A stretch of DNA of 64,000 nt from contig OY968796.1 in the NCBI GenBank assembly GCA_963695545.1, forward strand, positions 1,632,001-1,696,000, given 5' to 3'. The DNA comes from Terriglobia bacterium (GTDB lineage Bacteria > Acidobacteriota > Terriglobia > Acidiferrales > UBA7541). Shown here in pieces: positions 30,831 through 41,416 of this stretch. The notes under the pieces are model-generated. The model did no database searches. It had not been told where the DNA came from and saw nothing but the letters and a program-made list of their open reading frames with translations. The translations under genes were made by a program, and so were the position numbers. The first letter of the stretch is position 1. The number at the start of each line of letters is the position of its first letter.

Positions 30831-31853
30831 TCAGCCCAGCGGGCGCGTAAGGATTGCGCCGATGGAATCTGCCCGTTGCGCAACTGCCGAAGCTGCCGAT
30901 CGAGTTATCGCAAGCCTCGGGTCGCCGGTGATATCGCAAGCGAGCCGCTTTCGCATCGCCCGGAAACGGTCGCTTAGGGTCGCGGAAGCTGGCCCAACAC
31001 AGCACAACGCTGTGCCATTCTCGTCCAAGGACGGTTGGCTCCTGTGCACGACCGCAGCATTGGAAGGCTCGATTCTGCCAACCTTGAATGAATTGAACTC
31101 AGTAAAATCGAAGAATTCAATCTCCAGATTTTGGCGCGCGGCCATATTCCGTATCGACGTCTCCGAAAACCACCAACTGTGAACCGGAGGATTCTCGGTC
31201 TTCCAATAAGCCCCGATCGGGAACATGGATTTGTTCGGCGTCGTGACTAGCGCAAAGCCGCCGGGTCGCAGTATGCGGCGAGTGTCGGCAAGGAGTGCTT
31301 CAGGTTTCTCAACGTGTTCAATGAGCTCCGTCAAGATCACGGCCGCGGCTGTGCCGGATTCGATGCTCGAAACTCCGTCGGCAGATTCGACGCGGTAACA
31401 GGGGCCGAAATGCTTGATCGCGGCCGAAATCGCTGCTTCCGAAAGGTCTAGGCCGGTGGCGTTGATGCCCGCGTGCCGAAGGGCGAACGTCAAATATCCT
31501 AATCCGCTACCTAGTTCGTAAACCGGGTCGTCGGAACCGAGACGCCGTTCCAGAACGACGTTGCGTACAAACCAGTAAACGCACTCCTGGCGCGCGAGCC
31601 AAGCTAGCGGATCGGGTTCTCGCGCGATCGCGCATGCGTAGCCGTGGTACCGGGCATATCCGGGAAGCACAGCGGAGTTTCTGTAGATGTGCTCGTAAAT
31701 CACAGGGCGAAAATGCGACGGATCAGCAAACTGCAGGTCGCAGTAAGGACACTCGTAGATCGCGAATCGCTGAGGCCTCTGGTAACCGCAATGTTCTGCA
31801 TTGAGAAGTCGTGAAAGTTTTCCACAAAGCTTGCATGGCTGCATGTTGAACAT
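30831..31853 (-). CDS. Class I SAM-dependent methyltransferase with N-terminal zinc ribbon
   Basis: CKLC...CPYC, ELGSGLG, ELIEH, VTTPN, PPVH. Confidence 0.85.
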   Translation of the reverse strand: MFNMQPCKLCGKLSRLLNAEHCGYQRPQRFAIYECPYCDLQFADPSHFRPVIYEHIYRNSAVLPGYARYHGYACAIAREPDPLAWLARQECVYWFVRNVVLERRLGSDDPVYELGSGLGYLTFALRHAGINATGLDLSEAAISAAIKHFGPCYRVESADGVSSIESGTAAAVILTELIEHVEKPEALLADTRRILRPGGFALVTTPNKSMFPIGAYWKTENPPVHSWWFSETSIRNMAARQNLEIEFFDFTEFNSFKVGRIEPSNAAVVHRSQPSLDENGTALCCVGPASATLSDRFRAMRKRLACDITGDPRLAITRSAASAVAQRADSIGAILTRPLG

Positions 31854-31909
31854 TCCTGATCTAAGTTCCGGACTTAGACTCCGTCTCGTTGAAAGATAAT
31901 CCTTTGAAT

Positions 31910-33373
31910 CTACACTCTTACGCGAACGAGAGTTTCCGAAATCATGCCACTCGCTTCCTGGAAGAAGCGGAATCGGGTGCAAAATCCATGTGTCAAGGAA
32001 ACCACCGAAGCGGTGAACAATCCTCTGCACGCGAGCGTAGCAAAGGTTGTTCCGAATGATGCGGGCAGAAAAGTTGTGACAACGCAGCCGACCGCCAGCG
32101 CTGGCGCCACCGGCCACACTTGGGCCACAATGGCCCCAATTCCAATCGAAAATTCGCGTCGCAGGAAGGGCAACAAAACGGCTCCCGCGCATGCATACGC
32201 GAAGAGCACAGCAGCGGCAACCCGCTCAATTCGCCCCGATCGCAATGCCAGCAAAATCAGCAGCAATTCAACTGCTCCGGCTAACGTGTTGGCATGCAAC
32301 AGCAATTTGGTTCGCCCTCGGGCCATAATACAGTTGCCGATCGGTTCCGTGATCACCCGCAAGATTCCGTAAAAGCAAAGTATCTTCAGCGCTGTTGCCG
32401 CCGGCAGCCATTTGCCCGTGCCTTTGCCCAGGAAAGTCACCAGGAAGAAATGCGCGTTGGCCAGCAACGCCGTGTTGGCGACCACTGCGACAAATGCCAC
32501 CATGTCCACGGTCTTCAAATACCATCGGCGCATCGCGACGGCGTCATTTTGAATCGCGGAAAATGCCGGGAACATCACCGTGTTCACGGTGTCGGAAAGA
32601 AGTCCGCAAATGAAGCTGCCCCAAGTGAACGCCAGCGAATAGTAGCCCAACTTCGTGCTTCCCATCCTGGACCCCACCAGGAAATTATCCATATTCATCA
32701 GCAGAAAGATCACCACGCCGCTACCAAGCAGCGGCAGCCCGAAACGCAAATATTCCCGGGCGATGGTCCAATCGAACTGCAATCGCATGTGCGTTTTTCT
32801 CGCGAGCTGAAGGGCAGTCGCGCCGGTTAGATTCGCGCCAACATCGGCGACGACCACCGCCCAATAGCTCCACCCGTAGTAAATCAGCGTCACAGAGAGG
32901 GCGGTTCGCGCGGCCGCGCCCACGACCCACGGCATCATCAACGCCCGGTAATTCTGCTCTCTCGTCAACTGCACCAGAGACATGAATCCGATCGTGGTCA
33001 CCAGAAAGTCTATGGCCAAAATGCGAATCACGTTGCCGGTTGCCGGATGGTTGAAAAAGTAGTGCGCGAACGGTGCGATCAAGTACGCCGCAACGAATGC
33101 GCCAGAACTCAGGATCAGTTTCAGAGTAAACGCGGTTTGCAGGCTACGGTCATCGAGTGTGGGCCGGCGAATAGCGGCGCTGCCGACGCCCACGTCGCTA
33201 AAATGCGTTAGGAATCCAATGATGATCGCGGCAAAACCAACGACTCCATAATCGGAGGCGCTGATGTTCCTGGCCACGACTGAAGCGGTCACGGCGAGGC
33301 ACACCAGCGAGGCGCCTTTGGCAAGGCTGGTGTACATGACGTTGCGAAATGTCTTGAATTTGGAAACGCTCAT
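31910..33373 (-). CDS. wzx: Polysaccharide flippase (Wzx/PST family)
   Basis: Many TM helices, DYGVVG, D.GVG.A.I, DNFLVG...LGYYSLA, VMFPAFS. Confidence 0.88.
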   Translation of the reverse strand: MSVSKFKTFRNVMYTSLAKGASLVCLAVTASVVARNISASDYGVVGFAAIIIGFLTHFSDVGVGSAAIRRPTLDDRSLQTAFTLKLILSSGAFVAAYLIAPFAHYFFNHPATGNVIRILAIDFLVTTIGFMSLVQLTREQNYRALMMPWVVGAAARTALSVTLIYYGWSYWAVVVADVGANLTGATALQLARKTHMRLQFDWTIAREYLRFGLPLLGSGVVIFLLMNMDNFLVGSRMGSTKLGYYSLAFTWGSFICGLLSDTVNTVMFPAFSAIQNDAVAMRRWYLKTVDMVAFVAVVANTALLANAHFFLVTFLGKGTGKWLPAATALKILCFYGILRVITEPIGNCIMARGRTKLLLHANTLAGAVELLLILLALRSGRIERVAAAVLFAYACAGAVLLPFLRREFSIGIGAIVAQVWPVAPALAVGCVVTTFLPASFGTTFATLACRGLFTASVVSLTHGFCTRFRFFQEASGMISETLVRVRV

Positions 33374-33394
33374 GAACGAGCCATGGGTGCGGCG

Positions 33395-34501
33395 CTACGA
33401 TGCGTCGCCGGCCATCGTATCGAGAATTCGCGTCAGTCTCGCCTGAAAAGGCTCGAACGTAAAGTTCTCTTGGACGCGTCGTCGCCCCGCGGCTCCCATT
33501 CTTGCGCGCAGCGGCTCGTCCTGCAAAAGCTTAATAAGGAGGCTCGTCAGCGCTTCGAGGTCGTCCGGGTCGACTGAAAACCCAGTCACACCGTCCTGCA
33601 CAACTTCCGGCGCGCCGCCTTGGTCGCCCGCAATCGCAGGCTTGCCGAAGAGCCCGGCCTCGGCAAACACGATTCCAAATCCCTCCTGCCGGCTGGGCAT
33701 GGCAAACACATCGGTTCTCGCATAGTAGCCCCTGAGCCGGTCGAATTGCACCTCGCCGGTAAAAATCACACGATCCTCGACGGAGTGCTCTCGAGCCAGC
33801 TCCTCAAGGCGGGGTCGCAGGTCGCCCTCTCCGACGACGACATAGAAAACATCCGGCACGGCCTTCATCACCTGGGCAAGCACTTTGATCACCGCATCCA
33901 TTCCCTTGCCGGGCTCGGCAGAGTTCAACCTGGCCACAGTTAGAATCATGCGGCCTGACGGAAGATCCGGGACCGAGATTGGATCGCGCGTAACTTGAGT
34001 GAAGCTCGGGTCGAGCGCGTTAAAAATCACATAAACCCGTTGCGGATCGAGCTTATATAATTTAACCATCGCGTTCTTGGTGTACGCGCTCACCGCGAGC
34101 ACTCTCTCGGCGTGCTGCACTCCCAGGCGGCGGTACGCAGGCAACGGTTCCCAAGCCTCTACACCGTGGCCCACGACGCAGTACCGCAAGCCTGGGCGCA
34201 CGAAGTTAAGAAGATAGCCGATCGGAGAGAGATTGAGATGGCTGAAAAACAGGATCTCGATGCGCGGCGCCAGCCAGAGCAGTTTGAGGAATAGTACTAT
34301 TTTGTTACGATCACATCCGGTGAATTCATACTGCTGCGCGCCTACCGTGAAGGAACCTTTCCCGCGAGGGTCGTTCCATCCAATCAATTCGCATGCCACG
34401 TTTCGTTCCCGAGCACGGTTGACGAGGATTGCGCCTGCGTGCCTGCTGAATTGTTGGACACCGCCAATTTTTGAAATCTCCGGGAAAACCCCCACCCACA
34501 T
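33395..34501 (-). CDS. GT4 glycosyltransferase
   Basis: GGVQ, HGVE, LTVARL, EGFGIVFAEA. Confidence 0.92.
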   Translation of the reverse strand: MWVGVFPEISKIGGVQQFSRHAGAILVNRARERNVACELIGWNDPRGKGSFTVGAQQYEFTGCDRNKIVLFLKLLWLAPRIEILFFSHLNLSPIGYLLNFVRPGLRYCVVGHGVEAWEPLPAYRRLGVQHAERVLAVSAYTKNAMVKLYKLDPQRVYVIFNALDPSFTQVTRDPISVPDLPSGRMILTVARLNSAEPGKGMDAVIKVLAQVMKAVPDVFYVVVGEGDLRPRLEELAREHSVEDRVIFTGEVQFDRLRGYYARTDVFAMPSRQEGFGIVFAEAGLFGKPAIAGDQGGAPEVVQDGVTGFSVDPDDLEALTSLLIKLLQDEPLRARMGAAGRRRVQENFTFEPFQARLTRILDTMAGDAS

Positions 34502-34672
34502 TGCGCCCCCACACAGACTTCAATCCTGACGTCAAATCCAATATATGATACGCGCCGCCGCCGCTCGCTTCAATGCGATGCCAGTATCACCAAAGGCCGA
34601 GTTTGCGCTTCTTTCGTTTGTTCGTCTGAGACATAATCCAACAAAGGGGAATTCGATTCTAAAGGGGACAGG

Positions 34673-36268
34673 ATGAACGCATCCGTACGCGCGCTTGGCA
34701 GCCCCAGGAAAATCTGGGGTTTTCTCGTGGGCTTGGGCATTCTGGCTGTCACCTGGGAGTTATGTGTCTGGATCTCGGCGGGTGACGATAGCATGCTCGT
34801 CCGAGCGGGGCTGGCGTGCGGCGTGCTCGGCATCACCGTGTACATTCTGAGCGACTGGCGCGCGGGATTCTATTTGTTCCTCGGCTGGTTATTGCTGGAG
34901 GACCTGCCGCGCAAGTTCCTCGGCAACAACATGGCGATTTACTTTGCCAAGGATTTTCTGGTCGGCGTTATATACATTTCATGCTTGATTGCCAGGCGGC
35001 GCCGTCAGTTCGAAACTTTCCGGCCTCCGTTTTGGTTGCCTTTGGTCCTGTTTTTCTGGTTGGCATTGATCCAAGTATTCAATTTGTCATCGCCGAGCCT
35101 TCTCTTCGGGGCCCTCGGCATGAAGCTCTACTTCTACTACGTGCCGCTTATGTTTGTTTCCTACGCCTTGATGCAAACTCCGGAAGATCTGCGCCGATTT
35201 CTGCTCTTTAACGCTGTTTTCGGCTTCGCGATCTCCACCGTCGGCGTGATCCAATCGACGGTCAACATCAACTTTCTGAATCCGGTGAACTTGGCGCCTG
35301 AGCTCGTGGAGTTGGGGAGCCTCAAGCGAATGTCGCCGGTCACCCACCAGTTGATCCGGGTTCCCACCGGCGTGTTCGTCAGCGGAGGGCGCTTCGGTTC
35401 CTACTTGATTGTCAGCTGGATTCTGGCGATGGCCACGGTTTGTTACATGCTTCTGGCACGGCGCCGAGGCGCCTTTTACGCCGTTCTTACCATCGCTGCC
35501 GTCAGTGTCGCCGCGTTGCTCTGCGGTTCGCGTGGAACGATTATTTTCGTGGCCGCCAGCGCGTTGATCATGACCGCGGCTCTTCTGTGGGGTGCGCCTT
35601 GGCGCTTGGGTCAAGGGCGCCGACTGACTAGGGCTCTCCGCTGGGTATTTGTGGCGGCCGGAGCGGGTCTGATTCTGCTGGTTCAGCTCTCGCCAAAAAT
35701 CGCCGGAGCGAACTGGGCCTTCTTTTCGGAAACCATGTCTCCGACGGGTTCGGGCTCGGAGCTTCACTATCGCGTTCTTGAATACCCGTGGATCAACCTG
35801 AAACTGGCGTTCCAGCACCCTGACTGGCTGGTCGGTTATGGGACCGGAACAGATTCTCTAGGCGGTGAGTATGTCGCCGAAGTGCTGCACGCCCCGCAGC
35901 ATTACGACGTCGAAAGTGGCGTTGGCACTCTGATCGTAGAGATGGGCATCTTGGGGCCCATTCTTTGGCTGGGTTGGGTTTGCGCGCTGCTTGTAACCGT
36001 TTGGCGCATCGCAAGCAAATTGCGTTACACCGCCTACTTTCCAGTAGCGTTTGGCATTTTTTGGTATGCGTTTATTCTGCTGATCGTTATGACGTACATG
36101 GCCATTGGTCCCTACCAGAATTTCGTGATGAACGCATATCTTTGGATCCTCGTGGGAATATTGTTTCGCTTGCCCTACTTTGCTGAATTGCCGCAGTCGG
36201 TGGCCACTACGAAAAACCAGCGATCTGAACCGAGCCACGGTACGGTCGCGTCCTTCGCGCGCCGATAG
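34673..36268 (+). CDS. Multi-TM Wzy/O-antigen ligase-like polymerase
   Basis: Many TM helices, GSRG, G.GTG, EMGILG; lies divergent from the GT4-wzx block. Confidence 0.65.
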   Translation: MNASVRALGSPRKIWGFLVGLGILAVTWELCVWISAGDDSMLVRAGLACGVLGITVYILSDWRAGFYLFLGWLLLEDLPRKFLGNNMAIYFAKDFLVGVIYISCLIARRRRQFETFRPPFWLPLVLFFWLALIQVFNLSSPSLLFGALGMKLYFYYVPLMFVSYALMQTPEDLRRFLLFNAVFGFAISTVGVIQSTVNINFLNPVNLAPELVELGSLKRMSPVTHQLIRVPTGVFVSGGRFGSYLIVSWILAMATVCYMLLARRRGAFYAVLTIAAVSVAALLCGSRGTIIFVAASALIMTAALLWGAPWRLGQGRRLTRALRWVFVAAGAGLILLVQLSPKIAGANWAFFSETMSPTGSGSELHYRVLEYPWINLKLAFQHPDWLVGYGTGTDSLGGEYVAEVLHAPQHYDVESGVGTLIVEMGILGPILWLGWVCALLVTVWRIASKLRYTAYFPVAFGIFWYAFILLIVMTYMAIGPYQNFVMNAYLWILVGILFRLPYFAELPQSVATTKNQRSEPSHGTVASFARR

Positions 36269-36299
36269 ACTCCATGTCGGCGGTGAAGCCCAGAAGAAA

Positions 36300-38002
36300 G
36301 CTTCAAGATCTTCGTTGCTAGGGGGTGTAACGGCGTTCGGCGACTGTTGACCACTTCCGGGTCGTCCTCTAGGCGGTCCAGGCCCACTACCGATATCGGC
36401 CCGTTCCTCGAGAGAAATGCCGTGCTCGACGGGTGAAGCAACAGCAGGGGAGCAGCTAACGCCTTTTGCCGCAGCTTCGTGATCGTCGCGTACGTGGTCC
36501 TGACGCTAGCAAGGTAGGCGCTCGTATGTCGATCCGGATTCACAAGAAATATTCTCCACTTCAGTTGGCCGCGCGCCCGCCCGGATTCTGCTCACATTTC
36601 CGGCATACACCAGGCCAAGAATATCTCCGAGCTGATTGAATATCTGCCCTCGGAAGTCGCTCAGCCTGACATTGAGCGCGTCCAAGGCCAACGGCACGCA
36701 TCTACGCGACGTCAGCGGAACGAAGTTCACATCGGTCGGACGCCCCGCAGCACAAGTGTTCATCGGCAAAGTATTGAGGTATCGGTAGACGGAATCGGGG
36801 ACATCGCCCGTCGTGCCGCCTCCCTTGACGTCATAGCGATGGACCGCCAGGCCCGTGGCCGCGACGACCGCGAAAACCCCGATCGCGATTAACGTCTTCG
36901 GATCGCTACGCATCTCTGAAAACCGGAGCGCGCTTTTTGACGCGGCAATCGGTTCTCGAATCTTGATCCATATGCCGACGCACACTGGCGGAATGAACAC
37001 CAGATGGAATAACAGCAGACCGAAATACGGACAGCGTCCGGGATCGTACAGGCGGGATCGCAACGCGTACGACAGTCCGTAGAGCAAGAAGCCCGATGGG
37101 ACCATCAGCCGGGCTTCCGCTCAGATCGTGCGGCGAAAAATCCAAGCACAGGCAATGACTCCGACGATCCACACAAGAGTTTCCCTAACGCCCATCGGGA
37201 ATGTATTGATCACGTAGCAAAGCTTGTGTGTGAATACGATTTTTGGGTATAGAACACGCCGCCTGCGTAGAAGTTCGGCATGCGAAGCATTTCCGAGAGA
37301 GTGAGTGTCGGGCCGTGCGCGGCGGATTGCTCCCGCGACAGCAGCAGGACGCAAACGATGCCTCTTGGTACAATCCATAGCGTTTCTTTGGCCGGGATTC
37401 GGTGACGCAAGTTGTCCAGCGCCAAAGCCAAAGCTTGAAATAAACTGAGCACTAAGAAGGCTGGCGGGCGGAAAAGCGTAGTTGCCAGAAACATTGCCGC
37501 GGTGAGCAAAGGCCTCCGTCCAACCACGCCGACACCTCCAAAATACGAGGATCGGAAATGCAAACGATCGCTACAGCCCGCCTGCGATCGCACTCATGTA
37601 GTTATATTCGACGCCGGCAAGACCGCCGAACAAGAAAATTGCGGCCCGGGTTATTCCCCCGATTACATTTTCGTCTGTGACCGCGCGCCCCAGCCAATGG
37701 GCGCCGATGAGGGCTAGGATCGCAAAAGGAAAGCACAGCAACTCCGAAGTGATTTTGAGGTCAGTGATCCGGGATAGCCCGGCGTACAGCGAGAGGAATC
37801 CGGGTGGGTCAAAATTATTGACGAAGTAATTACGCGACCCGCAATTGGGAAATAGGCTTGAGTGAGAATATCCGAACAACCATGAAATATGCTGGGCGGC
37901 ATCGAAGTCATACACGTCATGGTGAAGGACGACGGGCAGGAAATACACCGCAAGAATACTCACGACAATTACGGCCGCGAAGGCCTTCAATCGGAACGCC
38001 AT
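36300..38002 (-). pseudogene. Fragmented multi-TM membrane protein, possibly GT-C-like (3' end approximate)
   Basis: Consecutive hydrophobic fragments in different frames (37571-38002, 37210-37593, 36506-37105); in-frame TAG at 37571 inside GGL*RSFAFP. Confidence 0.6.
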
Positions 38003-38265
38003 TTCCCGACCTCGCGAGTCAAAGCTCATTTTGTAACTGGAATGATCTTCGCCGCGATGTTCCTCGAGCGGCCCCGCGTGGGCTGGAGGGCTAACGATCT
38101 CAAATTCGCATTTTATGCGTTCGACCAGGCCGGACAAACACCAAAATCGCCGACGGGCGTTTTTTGGCCAGCGTAATGCAGCCCATGAACGGCGAGGCTA
38201 TAATGCAGATAGGCGGCGCCTCGTTCTCTCCTGACGAGTGGCCACGAGATCGGCTTCGGATTTCC

Positions 38266-39471
38266 ATGCGCATTCTAAAAGTCACTCAATCCTATCTTCC
38301 GTTCGTCGATAGGGGGGGACAGCCGGCGACCATACATTCGCTTGCGCTGGGGCTCGCGGCTCGCGGCCACAAAGTCATCGTTCTGACGGCCGATTTGGGC
38401 CTCGACCGCGAAGCCGCGCGCCGGATCCACGCCGTATGCAACGAATGGGGATGGAGCGCCGAAGAAAATGGCGTCGAAGCGAACTATTTGCGCGTGATGG
38501 GCCGCTATCGCGCGATCACTTGCAACCCTGGGGCGCTGCGTTGGTGCCGGCAGAACATCTCCTCATTCGATGTCGTGCATATTTACGGTATGTACGACTG
38601 GCTGGGGCCCGTCGCCGCGCACGTTTGTGACGGCCGGCGCGTGCCGTACATCTTTGAGCCGATCGGAATGTTCCGTCCGATCGTTCGCAACGTTCCGCTC
38701 AAATGGCTCTATCGTTGGCTCGTAGGCGATCGCATCCTGCGCCATGCGCAATACCTCGTGGCGACTTCCGAGCAGGAGCGCGAGGAACTCGTCGCCGGAG
38801 GCATCCCGCCCGCCAAGATTGCGTTGCGTCGTAATGGAGTCGACAGACCCGCGGTGGCCCCAGCCGCAGGCGCTTTTCGCGCGCAATGGGACGTCGCGGC
38901 GGATGCGAAACTGGTATTGTTTCTGGGTCGGGTGGTAAAAAAGAAATGCCCCGAGATGGCGCTCGAAGCGTTTGCTCAATGGCGCAAGCAAGATGGGCAC
39001 GGCAGCCCTGGAGTTCTGGTCGTCGCCGGACCGTACGAAGAAGACCACTATCGTCGGACTCTTGAAACGTATGCGGCACGGCTCGGGTTGCAAGGCGCGG
39101 TTCTGTTTCCCGGCGCGCTATACGGCGAAGCCAAGTGGGCGGCGTATCGTGATGCGGATGTCTTTGTGTTGCCCTCGCATAACGAGAATTTTGGCAACAC
39201 GGCCGGAGAGTCTGTGGCCTGCGGAACACCCGTGCTGGTGACCGATACCTGCGGGATCGCGCCGCTGGTGAAAGATCGCGCCGGCTTGGTGGTTCCGTTC
39301 GATGGCGCTGCGTTCGGAAAGGCCCTGGCGCGAATGCTCGATGATAACGATCTTCGTCTTCGGCTGCGCGCCGGATGTGCGGCCGTTGAGCGCGATCTAG
39401 CTTGGGATGAACCGCTCGATCGGATGGAAGCACTGTATTCCGCGACAGTGAGCGGAGCTCGGACTGCTTAG
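38266..39471 (+). CDS. GT4 glycosyltransferase
   Basis: MRILKV, LFLGRV..K, LPSHNENFGNTAGESVACGTPV. Confidence 0.92.
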   Translation: MRILKVTQSYLPFVDRGGQPATIHSLALGLAARGHKVIVLTADLGLDREAARRIHAVCNEWGWSAEENGVEANYLRVMGRYRAITCNPGALRWCRQNISSFDVVHIYGMYDWLGPVAAHVCDGRRVPYIFEPIGMFRPIVRNVPLKWLYRWLVGDRILRHAQYLVATSEQEREELVAGGIPPAKIALRRNGVDRPAVAPAAGAFRAQWDVAADAKLVLFLGRVVKKKCPEMALEAFAQWRKQDGHGSPGVLVVAGPYEEDHYRRTLETYAARLGLQGAVLFPGALYGEAKWAAYRDADVFVLPSHNENFGNTAGESVACGTPVLVTDTCGIAPLVKDRAGLVVPFDGAAFGKALARMLDDNDLRLRLRAGCAAVERDLAWDEPLDRMEALYSATVSGARTA

Positions 39472-39537
39472 CGCGCGCCCCGTTTCGCGATTGTTTGTAA
39501 TCAAAGTCGAGAGCCAGAGGAGCATCAAAATCGCGGC

Positions 39538-41334
39538 GTGAATATTTTTGGCATCAACGCTTATCACGGAAACGCATCGGCTGCGCTGGTGGTCGATGGG
39601 CGGTTGGTGGCTGCCGTTGAAGAAGAGCGTTTCAATCGCGTGAAGTACGCGGCGGGTTTTCCCGTGGCCGCGATTCGCTATTGTCTAGAAGCCGGCGGCA
39701 TCCGCCTCCAGGACGTCGATCACATCGCCGTTCCGCGCAATCCCTGGGCGCGCCTCGGAACCAAACTCTGGTTCGCCATGCGCATGCCGCGTTTTGCTCG
39801 CGAACGCGCACGCGTGCTTGCCCGCTTCGTCGGCATACCGCAGGCCCTCGCCGCGGCCTTCGATTGCGATCCCGCTGAAATCCGCGCGCAATATCATCGC
39901 GTCGAGCATCACCAGGCTCATTTAGCCAGCGCGTTTTTCGTATCGCCATTTGAACAGGCCGCGTTGCTCTCCGCCGACGGTCTGGGCGATTTCGCCAGCA
40001 CCATGTGGGGCTCGGGCCAAGGAAACCGCATGAGCCTCGGCGGCTCGGTTGCGTTCCCGCATTCGCTTGGAATTTACTACAGTGCCGTGACGCAATATCT
40101 AGGCTTCCGCAAGTTCGGCGACGAATACAAAATCATGGGCCTGGCCGCCTATGGCCAGCCTGCGTATCTCGACGAATTTCGACGCATCGTGCGCACAACA
40201 GGTGGAGTCGGATTTCGCCTGAATCTCGAATACTTCACTCATCAGCGCACGGGTCCGGAGATGAGCTGGAGTAGCGCGGACAAGACGCCCGAAATCGGCC
40301 CGATGTTTTCCGACTACATGGCCGAGCGCCTCGGGCCGCTACGCGATCCCCAGGCACCGCTCGAGCAAAGCCACCGCGACGCCGCCTCTTCCCTGCAGGC
40401 GCGTCTCGAAGAAGTCCTCTTTGAAATGCTCAACGCATTGCATGCGCGCACCGGGCAAAAGTCTCTGTGCCTTGCAGGCGGCGTTGCTTTCAATTGCATC
40501 GCCAACGGCCGCATTTTCGATCGCACGCCCTTCGAGCGCGTATTCGTCCAGCCGGCCGCCGGCGATGCGGGACTTGCAGTCGGCGCGGCCTACTTTGTGC
40601 ATCACCAACTTCTTGGCCGGCCGCGCGATTTCGTGATGGAGCATTCCTATTGGGGCCCCGAATTTTCGCCCCAGCAGTTGAGCGCCGCGATCGCATCCAG
40701 TCGCCTCTCCGAATCCAACCTTGAGATCTCCGAACTCCCCGAGGAAGCACTCGCGCGCGCCGCGGCGCAAGAAATCGCAGCCGGCAGAGTTCTCGGCTGG
40801 TTCCAAGGCCGCGCCGAATGGGGACCTCGCGCGCTCGGCAATCGCAGCATCGTCGCCGACCCGCGTCGCCCCGAAATGAAAGACATCTTGAATCGCCGCA
40901 TCAAGCATCGCGAAATATTTCGGCCGTTTGCCCCATCGATCCTGGAGGAATCCACGTCCGAATATTTTGAGAAGTCCTATCCCTCGCCTTTCATGACGCT
41001 GGCCTACGCCGTTCGCCCCGAAAAACGCGACGTGATCCCCGCGCCCACGCACGTCGACGGCACTGGACGCTTGCAAACTGTCAGCCGCCATGTCAACCCG
41101 CGCTATTGGCGCTTAATTTCCGAATTCGCCAAGATCACCGGCGTGCCTGTCGTGCTGAACACATCGTTCAACGACAATGAACCCATCGTCTGCCGCCCGG
41201 AAGAAGCCATCGATTGTTTTCTGCGCACGAACATGGACGCGCTCGTGCTCGGCAACGTGCTCGTGCGAAAACCGGCCGGCGCCGCCGATTCTCCGAGCGC
41301 GGCCGGCAGCGCGAGCGCGCAGGCGCGGAAGTGA
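39538..41334 (+). CDS. Carbamoyltransferase (NodU/CmcH family)
   Basis: EEERFNR.K, EHHQAH, DGLGD, EYKIMGLA.YG, GPRALGNRS, HVDGTGR.QTV, LNTSFN. Confidence 0.95.
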   Translation: MNIFGINAYHGNASAALVVDGRLVAAVEEERFNRVKYAAGFPVAAIRYCLEAGGIRLQDVDHIAVPRNPWARLGTKLWFAMRMPRFARERARVLARFVGIPQALAAAFDCDPAEIRAQYHRVEHHQAHLASAFFVSPFEQAALLSADGLGDFASTMWGSGQGNRMSLGGSVAFPHSLGIYYSAVTQYLGFRKFGDEYKIMGLAAYGQPAYLDEFRRIVRTTGGVGFRLNLEYFTHQRTGPEMSWSSADKTPEIGPMFSDYMAERLGPLRDPQAPLEQSHRDAASSLQARLEEVLFEMLNALHARTGQKSLCLAGGVAFNCIANGRIFDRTPFERVFVQPAAGDAGLAVGAAYFVHHQLLGRPRDFVMEHSYWGPEFSPQQLSAAIASSRLSESNLEISELPEEALARAAAQEIAAGRVLGWFQGRAEWGPRALGNRSIVADPRRPEMKDILNRRIKHREIFRPFAPSILEESTSEYFEKSYPSPFMTLAYAVRPEKRDVIPAPTHVDGTGRLQTVSRHVNPRYWRLISEFAKITGVPVVLNTSFNDNEPIVCRPEEAIDCFLRTNMDALVLGNVLVRKPAGAADSPSAAGSASAQARK

Positions 41335-41416
41335 ACTCGTCTCCATCGCCGAATCGGCGGCACGGCGCGCCTCGCGCCAAACGCGAATCGCGCAATCTCG
41401 ATTTCAGGATGACTGC

